DNA of 64,000 nucleotides from Raja brachyura. Its lineage: Eukaryota. The stretch spans positions 13,950,001 through 14,014,000 of the forward strand of contig OY740814.1 in the NCBI GenBank assembly GCA_963514005.1, given 5' to 3'. Below are positions 35,500-49,163 of this stretch, in pieces (the first letter of the stretch is position 1; every line of letters starts with the position of its first letter). Made by a program: the position numbers and the translations under genes. Below the pieces are notes generated by a model, which ran no database searches, had not been told where the DNA came from, and was given only the letters and a program-made list of their open reading frames with translations.

Positions 35500-38400
35500 A
35501 TGTCTTCTGCTAATTTGAATCCCAGCATTCTTGGTTCAGGCACACCTATTCGTTTTCTCACTTCGAATATACGTGGTATGGCCAATCCTATTAAAAAAAT
35601 CAGTCACCTGAAACAGCTTAACTCTGACATAAGTTTTTTTGCAGGAGACTCATCTTAGACTTAAAGATCATCATTGGCTGCAGTCCTCTTGGATAGGTCA
35701 GGTCTACCACTCCAATTTTAATTCTAAAGCTAGAGGGGTTGCTATTTTAATTAATAAAATAATTATGTTTTTATCTACTGATGTTATTGCTGATAAAAAT
35801 GGTCGATATCTTATAGTTGCAGGTACATTAATGCAAATAATGTGTTGTTAGTATATGTCTATGCACCTAACTTTGAAGATGCTGAATTCTCTAATAGATT
35901 ATTTAGTAATATACCTCAATTAATACCTCAATATACCCCATTTGTTATTTTTTGGTGATCTCAATTGTGTGTTTGATCTAATGTTAGATCGTTCTAGTCC
36001 CCGCACTTTATCCCAATCAGCTATGTCTAAATCTTTTTCTGATTTTATGATCCAGAGTGGTTTGGTTGACCCTTGGAGACTTCCTCAACCAAAAAGTTGT
36101 CTTTCTTTTCTCAGGTACATCAATCATATTCAAGAATAGATTACTTCTTTATAGATAATAGTCTCAACTTATGTGTTGTTTCCTCAGATTATTCAAGTAT
36201 TTTAATATCTGATCATGCACCATTATTTCTAGATATTCAGTTATCCATACTTAAATCTACCCCCCCCCCCCCTGGAGATTTAACTCATTATTGTTGGCTG
36301 ATAAAACATTTTGTGAATTTGATGCAAACTCAATTGATGACTTTCTCTTCTTTAACCAGAGTGAATCTACATATTTTTCATTAATTTGGGAGTCAGTGAA
36401 AGCTTTTCTTAGAGGGCAGATTATTTCATATTCTCCTATTCTAATAAAAAACGCAATACCAGGCTTACATCTGCTATTAAAAGCCTCATCAAGAATGCTC
36501 ATCCGATCCTTCTCCAGAACAATTTAAGAAGTGTCTTAATCTTCATGCGGAGTTTGATCTTATTTCTACCAGAAGTGCTGAGCGACGGCTGTTACAAACT
36601 CATGGCACTTATTATGAACATGGTAACAAAGCAAATCGATTACTAGCACACCAATTGAAGTGTTAGTTCACCTCACGTCTTATATCTAAAATTAATAATT
36701 TTTTTAACACGACTGTTACGGATCTTGTGGAAATTAATGCCACATTGAAATCATTTTATTCTTCCCTATACAAATCAGAATTCCATGCTGATAGTACCAA
36801 AATGAATCAGTTCCTGGCCAATCTTGAGAATCCTACCATTGATTCTGACCGTGCAAAAGAATTGGATGCTCCACTTTCCCTTGAAGAACTACGTTTTGCA
36901 ATTGCAGCAAGTCAATCTAACAATTTCCAATAGAGTTTCTAAAGAATTTTATTGATAAATTAGGACCTCTACTTTTGTTGATGTTCAATGAATCTTTGGC
37001 AAATTGTTTGTTACCTCCCACACCGACTCAAGTGTCAATAGTTCTTCTTTTAAAGAAAGATAAAGACCCCGCTTCCCGTGGTTTTTATAGACCTCTGTCT
37101 TTACTGAATGCTGATGTAAACGTTTTGGCCAAAATTATTGCTCTCCGTCTAGAGAGGGTTTTGTCTAGTAGTATTTCTGAGCAACAGAATGGCTTTATTA
37201 AGGGACGCCATTTATTTTTCAACATTCGTACTCTTATTTATTCAATACATTCTGATAATTTACCTGAGATTGTAATTTCATTAGATGCTGAGAAGGCATT
37301 CGCTAGGGATGAGTGGGGGTACCTATCATGGTATTGAAGAAATTTGGTTTTGGAGATAAATTTATTAGTTGGGTAAGCTGGTGGTCAAACAACTGATATT
37401 CATTCTGAATAATTTGCACTAGAACGTGGGACATGTCAGGGCTGTCCTTTATCTCCATCTCTCTTTGCTTTGGCTATTGAACCAGTGGCCATTTCTTTAA
37501 GGTCCTCCATTTCCTTTAAAGGTGTTATTCGTAACGGTGTTGAATATCGTTTATCTCTGTTTGCGGATGATTTGTTGCTATCAATTCTGGTTATTTTTCA
37601 GGATATAAACAAAATCTTCAAAAGAGTGAATGTTACCCCATTAACAGGTTCGCAACTTCAGGAAGCTGATTTTCCCTTTAAAATCACTAGTTCTGAATTT
37701 AAGTATAATTGGCATCAATATGACGCATACATTCTCAGGTCTTTTCTCTGCCAACTTTACCCTGCTCATGACTAAAGTGACGTCAGATTTTCAGAGATGT
37801 AGTAATCTGCCTCTCTCTTTAATTGGGAAGATTAATCTTGTTAAAATTAATGTTTTGCCTAAATTTCAATCAATTCCCTTATTCTTACCAAAACATTTCT
37901 TTGACTCCTTAGACAAAATGATTAGTTCCATTATTTGGGGTGCGAAGCCCCCGAGGGTCCGTAAATTATTACTCCAACGATGTAAGTTCAGTGGAGGTCT
38001 TTCAATTCTACTACTGGGCTACTCACATACATAAAATACGTTGTTGGGTTGATTTTCCTTATTTAGCTTGGTGCGAACTGGAAGCCGCTCTTGCCCTCCT
38101 TCATCCTCTATATCTGCTCTTATATATTCCTCTCTTCCAACCAAGATTTCATTGTTTATCAACAATCCTGTTGTGCTTAATACTTTAAAATTTGGTATCA
38201 ATTCAGGAAACATTTCAAATTTGTAGCTGCATCTCCCTTAGGTCCATTATGTAACAATCACCTGTTTCCTCCCTCACATTTGGATTCTGTTTTTTTGGTA
38301 TGGCATAACAAAAGTATACAATGTTTTCTTGATATGTTTTCAGATGCTATTTTTATCAGCTTTACCAATTTGTCATCATTGTATGGATTACCAACAAATC

Positions 38401-39420
38401 ATTTTTTTAGGTACTTCCAAGTTAGACACTTTGTTTCTAAATGTTTTTCCAATTTTTCACTTCACCTCCACGACAAATATGGGATAGTTTGTTTACTTTC
38501 AAGACACAACAAAGAGGGATTGTTTCAGAGATGTATAACCACATTCTGGATCTTTGCGATCAGTCCAACTCTAAAACAAGGGCTGCTTGGGAGGACGAGC
38601 TGGGACTTCAACTTACTGAGGAGTGGTGGGATAACGTTGTGGATGGGCTATGTACTGTCACGTCTTGCGCTCGTCTTGCACTCATTCAGTTTAAGGTTAT
38701 TCACAGGGTCCATTTTTCTAAATCAAGACTGTCTGGGATTTATGCAGAGGTGGAGGATAAATGTGATACATGTTCGGGCCCACACTGCCATCTGAGCCAT
38801 ATGTTTTTTTCTTTGTCCACGATGACATAATTTTTGGTCCGGCTACTTTTATATAATGTCTACCACAATGGGAATACCTCTACAGCCCTGTCCATTGATT
38901 GCCATCTTTGGGGCCCCGGATGAGTCAAGGTCGATTAAACTCTGTGCAAAAAGAAATTATTAATTTTACATATTTAATAGCCAGACGTCGCCTACTCCTA
39001 CAGTGGAAACCCCCGAACCCACCCACAGTGGCTCAAAGATGTAATGTTTTTTCTTAAACTTGAGAAAATTAAATATACATTGAGGGGATGTACTGATAAT
39101 TTGTTTCACAAATGGCAACCTTTTTTTATCATGCTTTACAGACTTGCAGGTTCTGCCAGACTAAGGGCTGGTTCGTTAAATGTTGTTATGTGTTGGTGCA
39201 CTCTTCCCTCTTAATTAGCCAGGGTGGGGTGGGTGGGATATGTGACCGATGGTAAGGTTGCATTATATATATAATTTTCTTTTTTAATGTTATATTTCTT
39301 TCATGTTTTTGTATATTTTTGTATTTTTCTTTTGCGTATTATTTGAGTGTTTCTTATTAACGTCCCTTTTCTTTTTTGTGTTGATTTATTTTAAATGAAA
39401 AACTAATAATAATAAAAAAA
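35500..39420 (+). mobile_element. Decayed L1-clade LINE ORF2 (APE, RT, CCHC) with A-rich tail
   Basis: QETHL...KARGVAIL, FGDLN, YSRIDYFF, YRPLSLLN, SLDAEKAF, LFADD and CDTC...HMF across frameshifts; ends aataataataaaaaaa. Confidence 0.92.
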
Positions 39421-40086
39421 GATCATTAATGGATTTTGTTCCTGAGATTTGAAAACAGTTTTTTGCCATTTATATTTACTTTGCAATCAACAATTCTGAA
39501 AAAAACTGGCAAACCCACCCGATAGAATTTATGGCTTCAGCTTTTCATAGGTATCAACAAAAGGGAGCTAACATATAAAAGCAATGTTTTTCTCTTCAAC
39601 TCTTTATACATATGAATCCTTGTTAAACCTCTGAGCTGCAATGAAAAGGTATCAGTTCTGGGCAAGAATACAATTTATCAGATAACACCCTTAAAAACCA
39701 TATACGTGGCAAAAGTTCACCAATCTAAGTAAACCCATTCAATCAGATACCAGACTCTACTACTGTTGGGAACATAATTAGAAAAACAAGCCCATGGTAG
39801 AGCAAGAAATTTATTTTAGAAGTTGTACCATACATGTACAACTTATGTGTGATGGAATGTAAATTTCCATTTGGAAAGCTCACCAATACCAATACACTTG
39901 CTGAAGTTTGCATATTACCTTTCATTCCTCAAGTTAGATTTTTTTTTTACCATATATTTAAATAACAATGGTTCTCATTGACTTGTTTGCCCTGAATAGG
40001 ACATCAGATCAGAACTAAATTATGGAGAATATTTATTTACCTGCTGTCAACTTCTTAACATCCTAAACAACTCATGCAATTACTTG

Positions 40087-40264
40087 GAGGTAGACAAAAA
40101 TGCTGGAGAAACTCAGCGAGTGAGGCAGCACCTATGGAGCGAAGGAAATAGGCAACGTTTCATGTCGAAATCCTTCTTCAGGTCCATAGATGCTGCCACA
40201 CCCGCTGAGTTTCTCCAGCAACTACATTCGATTTTCCAGCATCTGCAGTTCCTTCTTAAACATT
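40087..40264. mobile_element. Fold-back Penelope-derived mini element
   Basis: Inverted pLTR piece followed by a direct pLTR end; 15-bp TSD tcatgcaattacttg (40072-40086 and 40265-40279). Confidence 0.8.
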
Positions 40265-40613
40265 TCATGCAATTACTTGTTATGAGTGCTACACTAACGT
40301 AAACCTGGGGAGAGATGAGAGATTTTGAATCAATTCTTTGATAAGAGGTTCAGCATAAGGATCATAAAATTTTTGCTGGAGAGAACAGGTAGTGTAAATT
40401 ATTCTGATTCTCAAACTTTGCAAGGCAAACATACAAATCATATTTGGCAAATGATTCTGGAGGCCAACAAGACATTTCTATTCATTGGTGTTCTACCTAT
40501 CTCCACAGAACCTTCAAGCTAGATTACCTGATGCTGAGTGGAGGTTATATAATGAGTTACGAGATTTTGTCAGAATAATTCTAAGTAGCAAGAAAATGCA
40601 AAAGGTTACTTAC

Positions 40614-40788
40614 GATCAATTTCATAAGCATATACTTCACCATATATCATCCAATAAGGTTGAAAGACAATATCTTTTGCCAGCTCCCAAGATGGAGATT
40701 CATCTGGGTAAAGGATTGCTTTTCTTGGAACTCCAAAGCTCAGCAAGACCACTGCCATAATTACCACAATATAAAACATATTTGCCAC
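40614..40788 (-). CDS. TRPM7: TRPM7 exon ~22 (175 nt) S5, pore helix and filter ...[14 protein letters not shown]
   Basis: ttacag acceptor, C|gtaagt donor. Confidence 0.96.
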
Positions 40789-41199
40789 CTGTAATTGAAG
40801 AGGTTAAAAAAAGTTTAGATCTCAAACATCCAAGTTAAAAAGGGGAATTTGAAACCTGAATGATAATAAACTTGTGTTTACAGGTGATATATTTAATGTA
40901 GGGTCTCGATCCAAATTGTCAGCGAACATGTATGGAGGCAGAGGGATAGCCGACTAGCAGTTTGATTTGTGCTCCAGATTCCAGCATCTGGGATATCTTT
41001 CATCTCCGGGATATATTTAATCAATTTGGTAAATAACCGTTAGATTTTCAATTGAATAAGAGCTTTTCTTCTATTCATATTCTTTCTATCTAAATCTTGC
41101 CAGACTTCCTACTGTGCCACTCTTCAATAAGTAGCGATAGGGGTAACTCTATTCTGCTTTTCCCCACGTCTTTATCTAGCACTAACTTCCTCAATGAGA

Positions 41200-41330
41200 C
41201 CCAGTCTGGTCTCGACCCGAAACGTCACCCATTCCTTCTCTCCAGAGATGCTGCCTGTCCCGCCGTGTTACTCCAGCTTTTTGTGTCTATCTTCAGTTTA
41301 AACCAGCATCTGCAGTTCCTTCTTACACAA
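41200..41330 (+). mobile_element. Penelope-pLTR-derived repeat
   Basis: ggtctcgacccgaaacgtc...ccagcatctgcagttccttcttacaca. Confidence 0.7.
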
Positions 41331-43087
41331 AGAAAAGCAAATTTAGGTTTGGGAAAGATCCAAGTCTGCAGATAGTTGTGAATGTGTGGAATTCTCTCCC
41401 ACAGAAGGCAGTGGAGGCCAATTCATTGGATGTTTTCAAGATTTAGCTCTGAGGGCTAAAGGAATTAAGGGATATGGGGAAAAAAGCAGGAATCGAGTAT
41501 TGATTTTAGATGATCAGCCATGGTCTCTTGAATGGCAATGCTGGCTCAAAATGCCGAATCCTGTACCTATTTTTCTATGTATTTTTTCTGTTTCTACCAA
41601 TCCAAATCCAAAGTATTTTCTGACATTAAACCAAATGAAATCTCTGAGGTAAAGGAATTATCATTTAACGTAAAATTAAAATTTTAGGACGCACAGACTT
41701 CTACATTTCATCCCTCTGTCCCAACGTGACAAATGCAGAACTCGTGTATAATTTTTGCAACTGGCCAGAAAAATAAGATCTTTCCTAAGAGCATGCAATG
41801 AGGAGGTCAGTCATACTATCCCCTGGTCCACAATACCCCTGCAATCTCAAAATCAACTCCGGCCTCAAAATTGCTAAATGATTCAATATATAAAGCTATT
41901 GGTAGTCGTATATTCCAGATCCACAACTCCAAAGTTCAGCAATACTACTTCATTATCGCTCTTGAATGGGTGCCCCATTATCTTGAAGGTTGATCTCCTG
42001 CTTTAGATAACGAGCAGGATCTTCACAGGATATACTCTGGCAGAATCTTGCATGGTTCAATATCATCTCTCTGGACTTCAGGGAATAGACCAATACTGAC
42101 CACACATTTACTCCAATAAAACTCCTATATCACAGGAATCAATCAGTGTACCTTTGTTATATTGCCTCCAAGTCTTTCCTTAAATACTTTCTTGCTAATC
42201 TTCCATAAAGTTACACCAAGCTTTCTTTGGTTTTACAGAAAACATCAACATTCCATCTGTTTTAATTGTTTGATGTGCTGGCTAACTTTGTTTCCAATAT
42301 GCCAACTCTTATATCTCTCTGAATACCAACATTTAAAGGTCTTACACTATTTAAATATTTTTTATATATATTTCCTACCAAAATACTTAACCTTCAAGTT
42401 TGCCCTGCTGCAATCTTTTTTGCCCAGCTACTAAACCTGTTTATAGTCCTTTGCAGAGCCTGCACTTAACCACCCACTGTCCAAATTATCATCATGTCTT
42501 TAGGACATTGTGAAAATACACTACAGGAAACTATTAAATCAGCTAGTGAATCTTGTAGCAAATAAAGGTTCTGGATCCATTTTTTAATTCCCACTATTAA
42601 AGCATCATTAGAATAAAGGTCAAGTGTTGAATTAGTCATCCTGTCTATATTGATTCTCTCTATATTTCCTTCTTCATTTATCATCCTCTATGAATCGACT
42701 GTTCAGTCTGCATATCCTATTCTGTCACCCTTGCTCCCTAGAAAATAAAGTATTATGCAAACAAATGCACTATCGTAAAAGGAGTGGACTTTTACCCCAC
42801 CAATATCATGTGAACTTAAGTGCTAACAAATAATAGGAAAGAAGGACTTTTGATGTGCAGTAATGAATGAATATGGAGATTGTTGTATTAAAAATCTAAA
42901 TACAACATATGCAATAATTATGCCGGGGCGTTATCTCATACCTTTATTATGGTTTTTATCTTTTTGGCTCCATGTAACATCTCCACAAAAAAAACAATCC
43001 AGATGAGATTTCTGTTAAAATCTAACACCACTTCCTTGTATGTTATTATTACACCTTGTTAAAACAGGTTTCAAGCAATCCACTTAC

Positions 43088-43339
43088 CATTTTACCTATC
43101 ATTGTGACGTAAGGCCCTGCATGCTGATTGACTGCCAGGAAATCCAGAAGTCGCACATACCAAAATATAATATTGAGGCAATACATTGTTCTCCCAGCAA
43201 TCCTCACTTGCCCACTTCCAAACCTCAGTCCAAAACCAACAAAAAATAAAATTATAGCAAGTGCGTCAGTGATGTTGAAATAGTCACTGAAATAGACATT
43301 GATCTTCTGATTTATCTTTCCAGCTTCTGACATGAAGAT
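43088..43339 (-). CDS. TRPM7: TRPM7 exon ~21 (252 nt) S3-S4 IFMSEAGK...GPYVTMIGKM
   Basis: tctag acceptor, ATG|gtaagt donor. Confidence 0.95.
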
Positions 43340-44282
43340 CTAGACAAAAACAAAATAACTTATAATCCCATTGACAAACTATAAATAGCAGGTTAGATTA
43401 GGCAATGCTAGATTTCTGCTTCACGTATCCATTAAACTTCTGGAGTTTGAAATTACAAAATCAAGCAAACTGATGGAGCCACTCTGAAATAATTTATGAA
43501 TAGCAGGGAGTTTCATGAGTGGAGATATGATAACGGTTGGGGTTCGACCTGAGACTACATAGTCGACCTGACTTGAGTGTTTCTTACATTTACTATTTTT
43601 ATTGCAGATTTCCAGCTTTTTTGATTTTCACAATGCCATGTGGATGACAAAAGTTGTTGAGGGAAGAAAACACACGGAAATGTGCAAGAAACTAAAGAGG
43701 TTTCAAAGGACTGCAGATAGATACAAAGTGATGGAGTAACTCAACTGGTCAGGCAGCATCTCTGATGAAAAAGGATGGGTGAAGTTTTGGGTTGTTTGGA
43801 AGTGAGTTTTAGTGGTTACAGGTTGTCAATTGTGCTTCACCCACCATGAATGATAAATATGGGCTCAACATGGAAAATGCAGTAAAGAGATAGGAGAAAT
43901 GATATTCAGTATTGGTGAACTAACCAAAATAATGTGAGGGAGGATGGATTAATAGAGTGGTAGACATTTTGTATAGGGAAGGTTCAAACAGTTATTTAAA
44001 AAAACTATTCTTGGGGAGGGGTAGGGGCTTGCAGATAACAATGAATGAACAATCATGTTTCAATGATGCAAAGCGAATAAAGACTAGATATGTCTAGCTC
44101 AGGACGAAAAGAACCAAAAAGCTACAAAATACAAAATGACTAAAATTGAGAGCCTTGAGGACACCATGGTCCCACACTCAACTTTAGCAGATGTCTTCAC
44201 TGAACAATTTAATACAGAATATTTTACAAACAATGCATACAATATTAAACTATGTATAGAAAATATTAAGAGTGACTCATAC

Positions 44283-44411
44283 CTCTCTAACTTTTTCTAT
44301 GGCTAATGTAAAAATAAAGGCAATCACAATCCATTCCTGTACTGACGGTGACTCTTGCATTCGTACCAAGACAACATATGTGTACAGCATGAGGAATCCC
44401 AAATAAGCCAA
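44283..44411 (-). CDS. TRPM7: TRPM7 exon ~20 (129 nt) S1-S2 [16 protein letters not shown]...IEKVRE
   Basis: ttcag acceptor, GAG|gtatga donor. Confidence 0.95.
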
Positions 44412-44489
44412 CTGAAAATAATAAAAGATACATTAGTGTTTTGAAATGCAGGAGACTCCTCAAGCTAGCAATCTAAACTTCATGCATAG

Positions 44490-45430
44490 TACTACAGCAG
44501 GAAATACTGGAAATACTCAAGCATGTTAAGTTGCATCTGTAGGAAGAGAAACAGGGTTGATATTTCAAGTCAAAGACTCTTTGGTGTAACTGGGAAGGAG
44601 ACAAAAACATTAAGCTAAATGGAGTATGGAGAGGGGAAGTCTCCGATAAGATTAAACACAGGGTGACCATGGGCATAAGGTGTATATGTCAATAGGTCAA
44701 TTGGAGCAGGTTGAGTGCAAAGACGTAGACAAAGGAACACTGACAAAAAAGGTAGGAGTCCAAAATGCAGAGCAGGAGGACATGCCCGGCAAGTCAGGCT
44801 GAAAAAAAAAAGGGGGGGGGGGGGGGGGGGAAACTGCACCAATATCACAGGTAACTGACACTGAATTAGAAATTAAGTTACCCAAAGTTGTAGAATTTAA
44901 TACTGAGTCCAGAAGTTTCCAGATGGAAGATGAAGTGCTGTTCCACAAGCTTGCATTGGGCATCAATCATTGTAACAGTTAAGTCAGCATGAGATGGGAA
45001 ATTAAAAGGGTTGTCAACGAGAAGCTCCTGCAGACTAAACGTAAGTGTTCTACAAAACAGTCACCTAATCTGCGTTTGGTTTTGTCAATGTAGAGGAGAC
45101 CACATTGTAAACAATAAATGCAGTACAAGTGATGCAGTGCAAATGAATCGCTGCTTCACCTGGAAAGATCGTTAGGGTTGTTGAATGGTGGAAAAGGATG
45201 ATCGTTCAGCATAGCAACCTTAAGCAACAGCATCTCATCTTCTGTCTTGACACATTGTAGCCTTCTGGACTCAGTATTAAATTATACAACTTTGGGTAAC
45301 TCGATTTCTCTCTCTGTACCAAATGTTCATCTGTGATATTAGTTTAGTTTTTTCTTCTTTCCTCTGGCAGTGGGACATGTCCAGGCTGACTTGCCAGACA
45401 TGTCTTCAAGCTCTGCATTTCACAAATCCT
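44490..45430 (-). mobile_element. Old Penelope-like element with GIY-YIG remnant and inverted arm
   Basis: Minus strand 45060-45165 reads QVKQRFICT..YCI.C.QCGLLYIDKTKRRLG; 44760-44940 is mirrored by 45225-45420. Confidence 0.7.
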
Positions 45431-45867
45431 TTGTTCCATCTTCATTAAATTTTATTTTGTTGTCAAATAATTAAGCAGATTCCTTTAATCATACTGCAAT
45501 TTGCGTATCCTCCCTGTTTTGCATTCACTTCCGCCCTCAAGCATCTTTGTATTCTGTATAAACTACTATACTGTAGTTGGCCTTTAAGGAATTACAGTCC
45601 AGGTAATGAATCGAAGTTCTCACACTGCACAATTACAACCAAATAATTTTTATATGACTTACTCTTCTAGGAAGACCCTTCTTTTTTACACAGAATCAAT
45701 AATAGAGCTTGAATCTATAAACAGATTGTCTAGTTCCTCACTCAATTAAGGGAAACTGAAGATAATTGATTCTAGAAAGCCTAGATCACCAGCTTCCTTA
45801 AACACAATTTAATAATGATTCTATTTAAAAACAGTGGAATTTTTCATTTGTTTCGCTTGTCACTTAC

Positions 45868-46011
45868 TGTGTTAAACCAAAACTTTGCAATTGGTGCATG
45901 GTAAAAGGAGTAGAACTTTCTTGTGATGGGCAATCTTCTTGGTTTAGTCAGACTTGTATCTTCATGTTTCACTTCATGGTGGTCACAGATTCCTTCTTCT
46001 TTAAATACTTC
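45868..46011 (-). CDS. TRPM7: TRPM7 exon ~19 (144 nt) EVFKEE...FYHAPIAKFWFNT
   Basis: tgcag acceptor, |gtaagt donor. Confidence 0.94.
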
Positions 46012-46996
46012 CTGCAGAAAAAATAGTTCCATATCATATAGCTACAACAGTTGACCATTATGTGCTAATCAGGACAAAAAGATGCATTTTGAACATATCA
46101 ACATTTCAGTCTTATAATTTACTCACTTTTTGGATGTTATAATTCCTTACTTTAATCAGGCCTTTGGATCGACTAAGAGATCAAGTAGTACCTATGTTAC
46201 TTCAATGTAGAATCATATCCAAAAAGTAAAATTATTGCTGATTACTGAACCAGATTGGTTCAAATCTCTTAAATCCCTTAAACCAAGCTGGCGGTTGTGA
46301 CATACTAGACAGAAATGTTACATGATTTTGTCTAGATTTGTTTTTTCATCTTTGGATTGAAATAGCAAATAAAGTAGAACTCAATTAGCTCACACTCACA
46401 GTTTTAACACACAACCATAATTGATCAGTGAAATAATTTGAAGAATCATTTTCTTCCACCTTTTTCCCCCCTTGGTCACCAATTTGATTGTTTCACATGG
46501 CTTTGCCGTACTTCTCAGTCACTGTTAAAACTATTTGCTGCACTTCTGTGTCATTCTCCTGCACCTTTCTACTTCGCACCCCTATTGCTATTCTGCAACT
46601 TTCCCTAAAAAAAGTTATCTTCCAATTCAGTGGCAATTTTTTTTAAACTCCCCGCTACACACAAACACATTGTTGACGTATCCAAACCTGCTGCCCATAA
46701 TATTTATCCACCCACACTTAGGTTTCTGAATTTAAAAATATATATTTCTGATAGCAGAAACAAAAATTAATCAAATACATTTTAAATTTGGGTGAAGGAT
46801 AATTTGCCTCCATCTGGGTTCTGAGGTGGTTGATGAACCAATGTGGAATCGGGAGACTCAGTCACAGAAGGGAATGAGGTGCTTGATGGGGTCAGGGAAA
46901 AGTATGAAACAGTTGCATGCCAAGAGTTATGAAAAATATTCTATCCCAATTGTTTCATCACATAAATGACCCATGTTATATTTGAAGCTATCTTAC

Positions 46997-47152
46997 CATT
47001 GATATTTGATCAGTTGGACTCTGAAAGTTGTGTTCACTGTCCTCCATGTTCATTTGATGTGCATCCTCAGTTTGAGGAATATGAGACATTTCAGCCTTGG
47101 TTTTAAACTCCAGCATGAGAATAGCAGGTGGGAATAGAATACTGAGAATAAC
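46997..47152 (-). CDS. TRPM7: TRPM7 exon ~18 (156 nt) [27 protein letters not shown]...ISM
   Basis: gcag acceptor, ATG|gtaaga donor. Confidence 0.94.
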
Positions 47153-47325
47153 CTGCCCCAAAAAAAAGTAAATGTCAACACACGGATTCTTCAGGTAATG
47201 CTTTCAGTGACTTGTCCCTAATGCCATGGCTTCCATGCTATCTCCTTAGTATGTTCAGATTAGCTCAGTTATCTACTCTTCTTCATTTCTCTTTCCATAA
47301 AACATTAGAACATGCAACATTTTAC

Positions 47326-47554
47326 CTTGTACCATGAATTTTTTCTCATATTCAATCTTCCCATCCACATATCTGACAGCAGCATTTGAGTACAGGTGTG
47401 CGCTACAAACGGCCGAAGTCTCGAATGGACAGCTAACTTGAGGCAGGTCGAATTGCTCCAATTCTTCAGTTCATAAGTCAGCAACTTCATGGCCATGGTT
47501 TCATCTTGTCTGAATGACTGATCCAGTAAATCAACAGCTAATTGTCCAAATTCA
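47326..47554 (-). CDS. TRPM7: TRPM7 exon ~17 (229 nt) [10 protein letters not shown]...RKNSWYK
   Basis: ttcag acceptor, AAG|gtaaaa donor. Confidence 0.95.
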
Positions 47555-48089
47555 CTGAAACACAACAGTAATAAAATCAACAACTTGTTAAGTTTATATG
47601 TAAAATACCTTAAGAAATTGTGCTTAAAGAAAAACTCAGTTAAAGTGATTAGACACAATATAAGCATGCACAGTAGCGCATGCACCATCTTTGATTGCAT
47701 GCTGACAGAGCCCACTTAAACCCTGTACTTGCATGTTTGCAGAGTGAGCTACCAAGGGCAAAGAACAATAGCATACTTGATAAAAGTTCAGCTTAATTCA
47801 GACACCAGGTGTTTTTTTTTAAAAAACCTACTACTAAGAGGTCTTGGTGAGCTTCAAGTGAACACTAACCACATTATAGACCAAATTAAGGAAACAAAAC
47901 AGTGAAAACACCATTAATACTAGTTTACAACAGCACTTGGAACCTATCAGTAGCTTGACCACACTGAATGCATCCTTATACAAGTTCAGCAGGAATAGAA
48001 TACAACCCACAATAATTAAGTTTAAACAATCATTCAAGTCTAAATTGACGCTACACTTCCTCCATCTAAAGATAACATTTCATTCCTAA

Positions 48090-48548
48090 AGTGGCTGTCC
48101 CACTGCGGCGGCCTAATTCGCGAGTTTACAAGAGTTTGAAAAAAAATGTCATGTTGAAGACCTCCTTAGACTTCGTTGAAGACTAGCTTCAGGAAAATTG
48201 GACTCCGAATAGTGGAGAGTGAAGAAGACCTCCTTCGACTATATTGAAGACTATCTGCGACTACCCTCGATTACCTACGAATAACATGCCGACCTACTAC
48301 GACTAAAACTACGAGTAAAAAAAGTATCTATTTTTTCCATGGCGACCTTTCTTTTACTCGCGGGCATTTTTCAACATATTGAAAAATACGCTGTGACCTA
48401 GCTGAGACCTTGAGTACGTGGGGACTACCCTCGAGCATGAAGAATTACAAAGACCTCCTAGGACCTCGTTTCGACCATGCTGCGGGCATGAGTCGAGGGC
48501 AATCTCGCCAGAACTCGCGGATTAAGTTGCCGCAGTGGGACAGCCCCT
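48090..48548. mobile_element. PIF/Harbinger-type MITE
   Basis: About 37-bp TIRs ag(t/g)ggctgtcccactgcggc..; 3-bp TAA TSD. Confidence 0.8.
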
Positions 48549-48894
48549 TAAGAGGGTTTTCCACAAGGGTTGAGGGTTTACACAATATGTCCATACATCC
48601 ATTCATCAATGACTCGAAAAGCAAAAGTCATAATTTTTCTGACTGTACCACAAAATTAATTCCCTTGATTCCATGTACTCCATGACCAATGGCTGACTTA
48701 CCATGTCAATACTGTTGACTACCATGTTATTCAATTTGAACTCCTGACTACATATTCTTTACATTACTATCATGGTCAACTGTTCACCAATTAACTTTCA
48801 CAGCTATATCAGAGATCGATAGCATTACCCAGCTTGGAAGTTGTAAAATCATTTGGTCAATTATCCGACTGCTGGCTATCATACACTAAATTTT

Positions 48895-49163
48895 AGTTTG
48901 AGCATGGAAACAGGCCCTTCGGTCCACTCCATCAATTCCACGCCGACCATCAATCACCAGTTCGCACCCACTCCATACACACTAGGGGAAATTTGCAGAG
49001 GCCAATCCCATACGTCGTTGGGATGTGGTAGGAATCCAGAGCACCAGGAGGAAGCTCACCTGTTCCGGGGAAAACTAGCATATTCCACACAGATAGTACC
49101 CAAGGTCAGGATCGAACCGGGTCTCTGGCACTGCAAGGCAGCAGGTCTACCAACTGTGCCATC
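48895..49163 (-). mobile_element. tRNA-derived SINE (HE1/V-SINE-like) with CR1-type tail
   Basis: A box tggcacagttgg, B box ggttcgatcc, tail gaagggcctgtttccatgct; decayed relatives near 7320-7430, 11180-11370 and 53320-53660. Confidence 0.8.

Noticed and set aside
46808-46880. Possible extra exon in intron 18
   Set aside because: Weak acceptors, only a poor GC donor, and frame incompatible or containing a stop
49090-49163. tRNA gene
   Set aside because: A/B boxes are the head of a SINE; no acceptor stem or cloverleaf
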